DNA of 64,000 bases from Camelus dromedarius. Its lineage: Eukaryota. Below the pieces are notes generated by a model. That model searched no databases. It saw nothing but the letters and a program-made list of their open reading frames with translations, and was not told the DNA's origin. Below, in pieces: positions 12,890 through 24,049 of this stretch. Made by a program: the position numbers and the translations under genes. Where the stretch lies: the NCBI RefSeq assembly GCF_036321535.1, contig NC_087437.1, positions 53,136,001 through 53,200,000 of the forward strand, written 5' to 3'. How positions within the stretch are numbered: position 1 is the first letter of the stretch; each line of letters begins with the position of its first letter.

Positions 12890-13056
12890 CAATGGTTCTT
12901 AACTCTGCTGAGTACTGGTGTCACTTGGGGACCTTTAAAAAAAAAATGCCCAGGCCCAGCCCTGACGCCAGACCAATTAAATTAGCATCTCCCGGATAGG
13001 GACCCAAAATTGGTAGTTTACACAGTTTCGTAGGTGATATGTTGAGAAGTACTGGT
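12890..13056. mobile_element. MER5A/B hAT-Charlie MITE
   Basis: Termini 'caatggttcttaac...ttgagaagtactg'; internal 'ccagaccaattaaattagcatctc'. Confidence 0.75.
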
Positions 13057-13329
13057 CTAGAGATAAGGACCATGTTGATGAATTTGTGAAGTTCTAATGT
13101 GGAAAAGGAAAACAAGAATTTCTGTAAAAACTCCTATATTTGACCATTCACCTGGCAGAGGTGGACACTGACCCAGCTGGGTCAGCAGATGGCTACCAGT
13201 ACAGCTTCAATGCTATGAGAAGTCTCCTCCCCTTGTTAAACAGGCATGAATCTCCTTGACGTGGATCTTTCAGATACTGGCAACACACGTATCAAGACAA
13301 AATGAAAACTGACTCTCCCATGATCTCAT

Positions 13330-14270
13330 CAGCTCTCGGCTCTCGTGGTTTCACCAACCACTTATATTCAAGCCTCCCCAGCCTGGGTCTCCAGCCACAT
13401 AGTTCTTCTGTCAATGACATCTCCATCTGGACCTCTCACTGACACTTCAAATTCAGCATGTCTCAGACTGAACTCATTAATAACCCTGCTCTTGCTCCTG
13501 TCCCTTGATCCTGGATCAAGTGGCCAATGGAACCACTATCCTCCCAGATATGTAAGGTAGAAGCTTGGGAACTGCCCCAGGCTCCTCTGCCTCCCTCGCC
13601 ACCTTTCACACCCACTTGCTTATCAGCTTTTTCCTGATTCTGTCTCTCCCTCCATCTGTACTACCTTGTTCAGCCCGTGTGTTACCTAACTTCCCACAAA
13701 AGCCTCCCAGGTGGCAGCCCTGCTTCCTGTCTCCTCCGCCCCCAACACCGCAGCTAGAGGGATTGCGTTAAGGTTAAAATCTGACCACGTCAGTTCCCAT
13801 TTAAAATTTCTCAGTGCTCCCTTAACTGTCTATAAGACATTCTTTAACTTGGCAGACAAGACCCTCCTGTCCACATCTCCAGACTCATCTCATATCACTT
13901 CTTAACGTGGTTTTTTGCTCCAGCAACACTGTAGACAAGAACTGCCTCTGAGCCCTTGCTTATACTGTTCCCTCTACCTAGAATGGGTTACCCACACTCA
14001 CTTCTTCACTTAACCTCTAGCCATCCCTTCAATTTTAGCTGAAGCCCATCTGCTTCAGAGAGCATTAACTGACCTCCTTGGTCCAATCCCTTCCTAGGCT
14101 GGGGAGGTGACCCTGCCCTGATGCTCATCTAAAGACAATGCTGCATGGTCTCTGTTTCTGGCTCTGTTCTACCTGGTTCCACCTAGCTCCTGGAAACCCA
14201 GGTGGTCCTATCCCCAGAAACTAGCCTATGCCTAGCACAGAGAGGGTGCTCAATACATATTTGTCGATTA
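13330..14270 (+). mobile_element. L2 LINE 3' portion
   Basis: 'cacttcaaattcagcatgtctcagactgaactc' through 3' end 'tgcctagcacagagagggtgctcaatacatatttg'. Confidence 0.85.
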
Positions 14271-15777
14271 AACGCTGGCCAGATGATTGAGTGAATCTAC
14301 TCAGAAATGTGTTTGCCAAGATTTGCATGATTTAAGGATTAGGAACAGTGAGGACTTTGGGGCAGAGCAGGAATTTCCCCCGTTTATAGAAACATATGGC
14401 TACTGGCTTTCTACTGTCAGGAAAGATCATGTTGTGATCAAAGCCTGCTGGACATCCTGGCATGAGAGAAGGGCAGGACTAATTTCTATCAGTGGGTGTC
14501 CTGGGGTCAGGTTCTGGGGAGCAAGGACATCCTTATTGATGAGAACTTGGGATGGGGCATCAGATGATAGCACCCGTTTTGTGTGGTTGTCAAGGATGCT
14601 GGAAGGAACACTCTGGCTCTCTGGGGGATTAAGAGAGATTTCTCCAGCTCTTTCGCATTAACTGAAAAGCAGAGACACCAAGGCAGCTGGTAAAGTGCTG
14701 TAGGCAGCTGTCCCAGAGCAGAGAGGTGAAGAAATTCGGCAAGGAATGAAAACTCTGGGGTCAAAATATTTCAACAGTTTCAGCATCTAAGTGTAAAAGT
14801 GGCATTACCGACCTCTGGCCACTTGGTACTTTCACACCAGATCAGCCAATAGGAAGGTGAAAACTTGGTTCCTGTGTAGATGGCACTGTTTATGCTGTAA
14901 GCAAGGAGAAAACTCCATGCAGACCACACTGAAAGGAGTGACGGGCCCAAATGGTTAGCTGGGCAGGCAGATCCAGGATTTGTCAGCTGCTGCATGGCCA
15001 CTGAGTTTTATCTTTCTTCCCTTTTCTTGCCACAGCAGACTCTTACTTTTTAGGGCCTCTGTTTGGTGAAATCACACTGGTGAAACCACACTAGCCACAT
15101 CAGGCCGGTAACATCCATGCTCCCTGCCTCACGCCTATGATTAGAGTCAGGAGAGATCATGGATATGAATACACTGCTATCTTCCAAGTGTGGCACATGT
15201 GTAAAGGACAGTTATTATTATTGTGATTTTTATTATTAAAAAAGAAGAGTCTTTTCTTACTTTGACCTTTTCTCTCTGTGCACCTGTCCTGTCATGGAGA
15301 ATTTTTGTCTCCATTTTCCACTTGGAAAATAAGTTTGCTCCTCCTTTCTCCTTTTAAGTCATAATACCAGGAAAGAATCTTTAATTCTTACTGAGACATC
15401 AATGATTAAGAGGCTAATTCCAAGGGAACAAATGGACATTTCTGCAGGAAACAAAGCCTTAGGCTAGAATTGAAGATGGAAAGAAGGAGAAGTCCCTGGA
15501 GAAAGCACTAGGGAAGAGTGGTGACACCTTGGTGACTGTCCTGGATGTGCGACCCCACACAGGACACTTCCACTTTAGATGGAGAAGCCTGGGAACAAAT
15601 GCTTTCTTGGTACCTTCTCTGATCTCATTTTCAATGATGCTAGAGACTCTGAGATCTGCCTTAAATTAATACAATCTTTTTGCCTAACTGAATAATATCC
15701 CAGGGTGCTAAGACAACATGCAGTTGAGAGCACTAGACCAGTCTCCTTAATGTGTTCAGAATCATAGAGTAAGGAAG

Positions 15778-15896
15778 CCACCACCACCAACCACCATTAC
15801 CGTGAACTACCATTACCATCATCACCAACTACCACTATCATCATCACTGTCATCACCATCACCATCACTACCACCACCACCACCACCATCACCCTC
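15778..15896 (+). repeat. Degenerate (CAC/CAT)n trinucleotide low-complexity repeat
   Basis: 'ccaccaccaaccaccattacc...accaccaccaccaccaccatc'. Confidence 0.9.
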
Positions 15897-16800
15897 ATGG
15901 CAAATACAATTCTACTTTTTAAAATGGAAAAGTAACTTGTGAAAATTTCTTAAGGGGTTGATATTAATCCCAGGAGACATTGTGGAACAAGATATGGAAT
16001 GAGCTTTTAGGACTGGAATTGTGATCTCAAGGAACCAACACGAGTTAACTGCTAGTGGTTTACGTCAGAGTAACAAAATTGCCTCTTTGACAAAGTTACC
16101 AGGCAGGCAGATCAGGGAAATACCAGTGATGGAGAGTATCTGGACTTTATCGAGACCCTTGATAAGATTCCTCTGATAATCTTTGGAAAAAAATGAAGAA
16201 ATGTATACTGATAGGTACAGTAAGTTGAACAAACGTTCTTAATAAGTGCTGTTTATTTATTGAATTAACATCTATCTCTCAGGAACATATAGTGGGATGC
16301 CTCAGAACGCTGTCATGTTCATCATCTTTTTGATGACTTAGTTGAAGAGGTCATACTCATCAGATCAGGAAACCAGCTGGAAGGGACAGTATTAATACTG
16401 GATGACAGAACCAAAGCCAGAAATATCTGAGCAAGTTGGCAAGATAGACTGAATTAAACATGATAAAACTGGGGATAAATGCAAGGGCTCTGTATTTGGG
16501 TCCCAGGTAGCATGTATACATGTATGGCAGGTGTGGGGGCGTGAGGGCGGGAGATACAGTTCAAGAGCAAGTTTAAGAGAGACGTGGGGTTTTTTCAGCT
16601 GATACTAAACTCAACAGATGTTACTAGTATAGATGCCTAATTCAGCCTTACAGAGTTTTGACAGAAATAGGAGATGTAGAATGAAGGGAGTGATAATCTC
16701 ACTCTGCTTGGTACTTGATTAAGCCTCCCTTGAAATTCTGTATTCTATTCATTAAGAATAAAGAAATTAGACAAAACTGGGGCAAGAGTGATACTGATAG
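15897..16800 (+). mobile_element. L3/CR1 LINE fossil, reverse transcriptase part of ORF2
   Basis: 'ggcaaatacaattctactttttaaaatgg' (~ANV.PIFKKG), 'aaccaacacgagtt' (~QHGF), 'tttgacaaagttacc...gatcagggaaat...gtatctggacttt' (~FD.VT..VD.G..VD.VYLDF). Confidence 0.85.
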
Positions 16801-17234
16801 TGAGGATGCTGGAGCCAGAGGCCTATGGGGCAGGATGGAACAGTGGGAGGAGCACTGGCCAGGGAGTTAAGAGGCAGTTTATGCCAATAACTGGCTGTGG
16901 GATCCTAATCAAGCCAGCATTTCTCTCCCTCCAGGGCTGACAACAGGCCTCCCTGAGGAGGAGCATGGGTGGTGGCGGTTGGCTGGCCTGCTCTCCCAGG
17001 TTTTGTCCCTCTGATCAGGTCACACTGTCCCTACCTCACCTATCCAGGGACAAACCCTCTGGAGCCTCCATGCAAAATTTTACATTCTTGAAATGCCATT
17101 ACCATTTGCAAATTACACCAGTATTTCCCTTGGGAAGCCTTCAGAAGTACCCTTTCTCTGACTTCCTGGGAAGCCAAGAGGATGACAATTCACATCTGTT
17201 ACCACAGATGACATTTAATGAGGCAGTAAAGTAA

Positions 17235-17460
17235 AAAGCCTAAGAAAATTGGCTTTGAAATCATAGGGGACTGAGTTAAAATTCAGCCTCTCTACTACTA
17301 GCTTTGTGACCACTTAAACTTTCTGAACTCAGTTTCCCTGTTTGCGAAGTAAGGTTACTATCAGGCTTGTAGTGATGTGAATACGAAGACAATGCATGTA
17401 CAAAATATAACACAATGTGGGGCACAGAGCAGGTGTCCAATAAATGGTAGTGCTCCTGCT
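17235..17460 (+). mobile_element. MIR SINE
   Basis: 'actagctttgtgaccacttaaactttctgaactcagtttccctg'. Confidence 0.75.
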
Positions 17461-17587
17461 ACATTTACTACCACCGTTCCTCCTTTCCCCCCCTTTGTCC
17501 TCCTCTGGCCAGTCACTATGCTGGTTGCAGGGGATATGGTGGAAAACAAATTCACACCCCTGCCAGCACCAAGCTTCCAATCTAACC

Positions 17588-17772
17588 AGCACTGTCCAGT
17601 TGAACTTTCTGCAATGAGGGAAATGTTCTATATGTGCATTCTCTAATATGGCAGTCATATGTGGCATTTAAGCACTAGAAATGTGACTAGTGTGACTGAG
17701 AAACTGAAATTTTAAATTTAATTTTAATGAACTGAATGAAAATGGAAGGAGTCACATGTGGAAATACACAGC
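17588..17772. mobile_element. MER3 hAT-Charlie MITE
   Basis: 'cagcactgtccagttgaactttctgcaatgagggaaatgttctatatgtgc...gcactagaaatgtgactagtgtgactgagaaactgaa'. Confidence 0.85.
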
Positions 17773-18119
17773 TTTCAGGTGCATTTCTGAGACTGACCAA
17801 TGTGAGCAGAATAAAGGTGCGCTTGAAAGAGAAATGCACATAAAGTACCTGGAAAATTCTTATTTGTCCATTTATTGCACTGGATTGTTTACTCTGCGTA
17901 AGTACTAGCTTGGTGCTAGGTGTGCGGGGCTAGCTGTACCTTCAGGGAATTCTCAGTTTAGTGGGGGGTGTGCAGGTAAGTGATTTCACCATAGGGAGCT
18001 AAGTGTATACACAGGTGCAATGAGTCCAGCAGAGAGGGCTCTAACCCAGAATAGCAGTTGTGGAAGGCTTCCCAGAAGGATGTTTTAAGACCTGAGCCGA
18101 GTCTTAAATAAGTAGATCT

Positions 18120-18850
18120 CATAGTGGTGGCTCAATTGGTATGTATTCCTCTTTACAACAATGGACTATATTCCAAGGCTACTAAGCCCGCTGCTGCTGG
18201 CAGAGGTGGCTATGGGGCAAAAACAGCCCTAGGGAAAACTCATAGCTAGGACCAATTAGTTTTCGTTGAAAATGTCACCTTTGTGTCTTTTTGTATTGCC
18301 TAATGCAGTTTGTCTTCTATGGCCACATTTTCTTCACCTGATGACATTTTTTCAATGATGTGTATAACCTTGTTTTTTATTGTGTGACTTGCCATCACTA
18401 ACCACGAGTGACGGGGAGTTGGGCAAGTGAACTCTGTTTCATACAAAGTGACATCAATTCCCGCTGTGGTTTGGATGTGGGATTCTGATACTTGGTGTAA
18501 ACAAACAGCTCTGTGAAAATGGCCACTATGTGATTGGCTGGGCTGGCTGAATTTGGCCTGATGGTGATGCACCTTCATAGGGGTGCAGGCTGTTCTAATT
18601 ATTTGTGTGGAGAAGTGGAATGTTATGCCATGTATATATTTTACACAAGCCAGAGAATTCTGCAATTGATACTTGCACAGATAAAAATAGGTATAGCCTT
18701 ATATTTGTATGGGTTTCATAATCACACTTGTGTGTATACAGCAGGGTGATGTGTGTGATTCTGCCTCCCATGAAGCCAGAGGGATGCTTATGTGGTCTGG
18801 CTTGGTCATGTGAGGCCCTGATGTATTTGAGTTCCCAGAAGTCACCTGCT
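18120..18850. mobile_element. hAT-Tip100 DNA transposon fossil, probably Arthur1-like
   Basis: 'gtgtgattctgcctcccatgaagccagag...cttggtcatgtgaggccctg' resembles the Arthur1 terminus as I recall it. Confidence 0.55.
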
Positions 18851-18874
18851 TTGACTGTGGCAGAACTATCTGGA

Positions 18875-19560
18875 GGGGATGGAAGTGGAAATTGGTGTAT
18901 CTTTTTCCAAAACCTGCTTGTCATATACATCAGGAGCCTTAAAACATTCATGCCCCTTGGCCCAGTGATTCTACTTCTGGGAATCTATCCAAAGGAAGTA
19001 TTTGGAAATGTGTGCAGAAAGACTTTGCCCAGGGATGTTGTTCAGAGTTACGTGTAGTTGCTAAACACAGAAATCAACTTAAATGACCAACAATGTAATA
19101 ATAGGCAGCCATGAAAATGATGTCCATGAAGGACTTTCACTATGATACTACTTAGGGGAAAAGCAGAGAAGCAACAGCTACCGAGGTGAAGCAACCACCC
19201 AGTTGTTGGACAGCCTGGGTTTGAATCCTGACTTGGCCACTTACAGGTGTGTGACTTGGACAAGTCCCCTGAACTCTGTGACGCTAATACTTGCCTCAGG
19301 ACTTCTGAGAATTAAACGACACTGAATATAAAATACTTAACACATTCAAGGTACATTAGGTACCCAGCAAATGTTGGTTCTCTAAGGACTATACAATTTC
19401 AAGGCATAAAAATAGATGGAAAGGAACTATTCTAATATATTAGCCGTGTGGAATCTGAGTGGTGGAATTTTGGGTGGTCTGCTTGATTCTTTGCACACTT
19501 TTCAATTTCCCAAATATTCTGCATTTAACATGAATTACTTTTATAATAAAAAAGCATATC
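18875..19560 (+). mobile_element. L1ME-type 3' fragment interrupted by a MIR (~19200-19380)
   Basis: 'ccttggcccagtgattctacttctgggaatctatccaaaggaa'; MIR 'cctgggtttgaatcctgacttggccacttacaggtgtgtgacttggacaagtc'. Confidence 0.75.
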
Positions 19561-21596
19561 ATAATGATGTAATAATACAGTAAGATTTTTTCTTTTTTGA
19601 GAAAGAGTTTTACCACAACAAAAAACAGTACTTCCCTTCCAGGGAAGGAGATAGGGGCAGCCTCCCCTCCAGGGATGGGCAGTAGAGGGAAGAGCTGCTG
19701 CGTTAAGGGTACTTCCCCTGGCAGAGCCTAAGGCGTGCACACCTGGGACCTCTGGGGGTACAAGGTTGACAGGATCCCCCCTCCCACCTGTTGAAGGTAC
19801 TACGGAGATTTGAGGGGGAGTTGGAACAGATGTCCTTAGCGGTTTCCTCTATCTCTGAAAGTCTAGATTCCAAGACACTCTGATGTTTATCATTTTCTGC
19901 CCATATCCTGGTTGATCTGAACCAAACATGACATGAAATTTTAAGATGGGAAAGACTCATCTACTTGCTTCCCACCCACAGACCCCTACCAGGAAAAAAA
20001 AGCCTACAATGTTATGCATAAACTTCAAGGGTGATTGGTAAAGAAAAGACGTATAGGAGAAGTACCACACGTAAGTTAGCTTTCTGGCTGCCTCTTTATT
20101 TAATGAGTATAATTCACCTTCGGAAAGGACTCTCTGACAAATACAGCCCTTTTTGACAAGACCAACGACTAAGTCCGTTTCCACATAAGGACATATCCCT
20201 GGAATGAGAGGGGCATAAAGCACAAAGGTAGGGTGTGTGTGTGATCAGTCAAGACATTTGTCCCCTGTGATCTAAAACCCTTCGTTGACAACGACGGGTA
20301 CCCTGTGCTCTAGCAAGTGGCTCTGTGTGGGCCGTATTTTAGACAAAGAATCCCAGGCACTGAAATAATGAAGTCGTTTCCCTCTTTTGAACCAGAGGGG
20401 CAGTTCCCAGCCCTGTGTCCTGACCGATGCTCCTCATCAGTGACTCCCCCTGGTCCGCACCTCCAGAACTAAGGTGAGTCCCCAAAGTCCCACAATGAAA
20501 GAATGATAAACAGCCCTCCTATGCCCTCCTCGGGACAGCGAGGTCATCGTATGCTAATGAAGCCAGAGGAGACAACCGCCCCGCGCCGGCCTGCGAGCGT
20601 GCCCGCGGGTTCGTAGTTCTCCCGCGCGCCACTGCGGCGCAGCCACAAATCACCTTGCGCTGCCGCAGACCCTCCTGCCTCGCCCCGGGTAAAGAGGGAG
20701 GGTGCGGGAGGGTCTCGTCGGTCACTCTGAGTTCGGTATCTGGATCGTCACACCTGGGAGCTGCCTCTTCGTTCCTGTCCCGTGCTTTCCTCTGCAGTGA
20801 TGGCGGGGATGGGGGCTGCGCATCAGAATCACTTGTAGGGCTTTTTCGAACTCCTCAGCCCCCTCCCCAAATTCTAGTCCACTCGTCCAGAGAAAGAAAA
20901 TCTCGAATATACAGGGTGAGCGGACTGGTGGAGTTTTGAAAAGCCCCACAGGTGATACTAGATGCACGCCTCTCAAGACACAAACACACGCACACGAACA
21001 CACATCTTGTGACTCCTAGACTAAACAGGTCAGCCGGACGTTCCCTCCTTGACCCTCCTCTCCTTCCGTAGCGTATATCTCTCAAGGTCTCCGCGTTCTC
21101 TTCAGCTTCCCGTTGTGCTCCCCTAGCCCAGGGGCTTTGTGGAGTCCCCCAAAGTCCTGGAACCCTGCGGGACGGTCAGAGGCTTTGGCGGCCAGATGTT
21201 AGGAAAAGTGTCCCCGCTCTTTGCCTCCCTGTACACCCTGGAGCGCGAACTGGATACCAAAGGTAAGTCTAGAAGGGTCGACTGACCAGTTGCTTCAGCA
21301 AACTGCCTGGAGCCAAGCCGCCTCCCGCCCGCACACCTTTGAGGTTCGTAAGGTCTTCCGAATAGAAGAGGAAGTCGGTGCCCCACCCCGGCAGCTGCCC
21401 GTGCCCTCACCCTGCCAGCGGGGCATCTCCTGCAGGGCTGTGCGGCAGGTGGCACCGTCAGGGTGGGTGCCGTGGCCTCGGCTGCAGCTCCTGCCCCTGG
21501 CCGCGGAACTGGCTCCGGCTTTGCCCTCCTTTTCCAAGTTGCTGCAGCTCGCGCCCCCAGCCCGAACCCCCTCCGCTGCGCCGGCCACGGTCTTAC

Positions 21597-21950
21597 CTCA
21601 GCATGCAACACTTGGTTGCGCGATTCTGCGGAGCGCTCCTTCCTCGGGGCTTATTCCCTTACTTGGGTGGAAAGAGGAACCGAGAGGCTGAAAGGGGACC
21701 GAAGCTGGCGTCTGGGCGTCTTCCCGCCCGCGCAGCCCTCCTGGGGAGGGGGATGGAGCGCGACTGGGTGCCACGGAGCTCGGGCTGCCCGGTTGGGGTT
21801 AGGCAGCGCCGGGGGTCTCTGCCGGCCCCAGTACCCGCGACTCCCAAGAGGTGCGCCTCGGCTGCTCACTACTACGGCACTGCGGCGCCCTGCCCCTCGC
21901 AGCGGGCAAGTCCAGCTGCCACTCTCACGCGGAGCCCTGCCCCCGGGCGC
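21597..21950 (-). other. Putative first exon of an unidentified minus-strand gene (5' boundary approximate)
   Basis: Strong donor GAG|GTAAGA at 21597/21596; lies just downstream (minus sense) of GC boxes at the island edge; contains a single ATG (21604-21602) in weak Kozak context. Confidence 0.6.
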
Positions 21951-22045
21951 AGAGCCCGCCCCCGCCACACACCCGCGCGCGCGCGCGCGCTCGCACACCC
22001 GCCACACACCCGCGCGCGCGTGCACACACCCCCGCACGCGCATAA
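21950..22045. promoter_or_regulatory. Core/proximal promoter elements: GC box, KLF/EGR-like motifs, NRF1-like motif, alternating CG tracts
   Basis: 'gcccgcccccgcc', two copies of 'ccacacaccc', 17-nt alternating CG run 21974-21990, 'cgcacgcgca'. Confidence 0.7.
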
Positions 22046-22893
22046 ATGCGGTGGGCTCGCAGCGAACCCGGACTAGTTTGGTCGTTCGGGCACTTCTCAC
22101 TGTTAGGGCTTGGGTTTGAGAGGAGGAGTTAGAGGCTGAGGGGTTCGGAGAAGATGCAACAGTGGTGGGCTTTGCAGGGTGCTAGAGACCAGCTGACTCA
22201 GAGGACAGGGAATAATTGTTTGACAGATAAAATACTCACATCTCAATGTCTAGGCTGCCTCACTATCTCCACCAAGTCAAAGACAAATAAAATCAGCCAG
22301 TTCTCTCCGTTACCTAGGCACTTGGGCGTTTTCTCGAGTGCCCAAATCACTGCCCCTGCCCAGGGGCACATTTCGGTGGCAGGAGATTGGTGGCTGTTCA
22401 ATCTGAAAAGATTTTTCCCTCTGCGGGTATAGTGGGGACCGTCGCAGCCAGCCAGAGCTGGGCTCTGGTTGCTGAATCAGGTCTCAAGACTGAACAATAA
22501 TTCCCTGTATCCTTTGCTTTTAGATGACAATGGGCTATTTTCCTGCACAGCAAATAGAGCACTTCTTACCTTAAAAATTCGGAAAAGCACAGAAAAAGGC
22601 CTGGGAGTGAGGGATAAGGGATGAGGGCCAACATTGGCCAAGGCACTTCCTTTCCATGACGTGTGTGTCTGCATGGGGTGGCGGTGGTGGTGACCACACT
22701 ATCTCAGGCATGTCACACCAGTACGGTGACTTCTGTTCATTTCACACCACATTTAGAGTCATCAGGAGTTTGGGCTCATCTGTAAAATATGTAGAGTTTA
22801 CCAGTTTCCACAACTGAGAGTTCTTTTCTGCCAGCAGGCACTGAAGGTCTTCGGGTCAGGACTGTAGCCAAGAAAAACTTTCTGCAGATGCAG

Positions 22894-22912
22894 AGGCACC
22901 AGGGGGCTCTGG
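22894..22912 (+). promoter_or_regulatory. Candidate CTCF site
   Basis: 'gcaccagggggctct' is close to the core consensus CCASYAGRKGGCRS. Confidence 0.45.
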
Positions 22913-24049
22913 GTGTCTGGGCACTTGGGGAAGAAGCCTCAAACATGAATGTCAAAAGCTCTGAGGAACCTGATGATCAGTGTCCATATTGGGCCATCTG
23001 CAGGCAGGCTGATGGGGTGTATGAGGAACTGAGGCTCGGAGATTTCCCCCAAGGTTCCACATGGCATTGAAGGCAGAGCCACTACCAGAACCTTATGTTC
23101 ACACTTCATTATACCACTCACCTGGCATCTCTCACACTGGCTTGGTTCTCAAAGCTCCCTTCAGCTAGACTGAAATAATCCTGGTGAGGGTGCTCTCAAA
23201 ATTCTTTTATCTTTTCTTGTTTCCCTTTCACTCAATGACTCATTCATTTCGCGGCTATCTATTAAGCTCCTGCTGGGTCTTTCAGGCACTTTTCCCTAAC
23301 TCTAGTGCTGGACCTTACTTGGCAAGGAAGAGGAACCAAGAGATAGATGGGGCTGAGAACTGTCCCTGTCCCTAGTAGAGGAGAAGGCTGGTCTCAGGCT
23401 CACTTTGCTAGGTTGGGTGAATGTGGAAGACAAAATCCTTGCCTTCTGAACTCTATTCTCTGTGGAGGAAAACACACTCACATACATATCATAAGAAGAT
23501 ATTCTTGTTCTGTCTAATCCTGGATTCCTTCCAAAGAAGGGGAAACTGAGAGAGTGCTTATATTTGGCTGAGAGTAGTGATGGATTTGGGGATGCATGCC
23601 TGCAGGTAGGGATTGGGGCGATACTAAGTTTTTCTGCCTACTTGAGCTGGAAGGAAATACATTGGGTGGGAGGAATGGGGAAGACATGCAGAGATAGAAT
23701 GCAGAGACTCGACTTGGCCAGGAGTGTGTTGAGGAAGAGTAATGAGAGAGAAACTCCCAGAACAGAGCTGCCAAGTAAGGATTTGGAGAACAGGAGTGCT
23801 TGCAAAGATCAGTAAATAGTTTGCTGGGGGAGGGGAAGGGGGAGGTACCCTATGAAGTCCTTGCTCTCTACCCTTCCTGTGAAATAAATCATTTGTAAGG
23901 GCAGTTGTTCCCCAATTTGTTTGTGAGTGGGTTCCTTTGGGGAACTCAGGGTGGTGCTGAGTTCAGCATCTGGGTTGATGATGTAGGGTGAGTACAGAGA
24001 AGCCTGTAGGGGCAGTGGTTTGGTTTGAGGGGAAGAGCTTGAAGACAGC

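Larger units (their letters stand above)
20520..22100. promoter_or_regulatory. CpG island / promoter
   Basis: Abrupt rise in GC and CpG density relative to the CpG-depleted flanks; no interspersed repeats within. Confidence 0.92.

Noticed and set aside
18300..18665. 121-aa ORF within the hAT fossil
   Set aside because: No recognisable transposase motif; lies in a degenerate non-autonomous element
21597..21950. Assigning a gene symbol to the CpG-island exon
   Set aside because: At most 8 coding nucleotides are visible and I do not recognise the UTR; BLAST or synteny is needed
21123..22119. Several long overlapping ORFs (149-232 aa) on both strands
   Set aside because: Expected from stop-codon scarcity in a CpG island; Arg/Pro/Ala/Gly-rich with no recognisable domain, and mostly non-ATG starts
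23940..23965. Possible REST/NRSE site (ctcagcacc on the minus strand)
   Set aside because: Only the left half matches; the GGACAG half is absent
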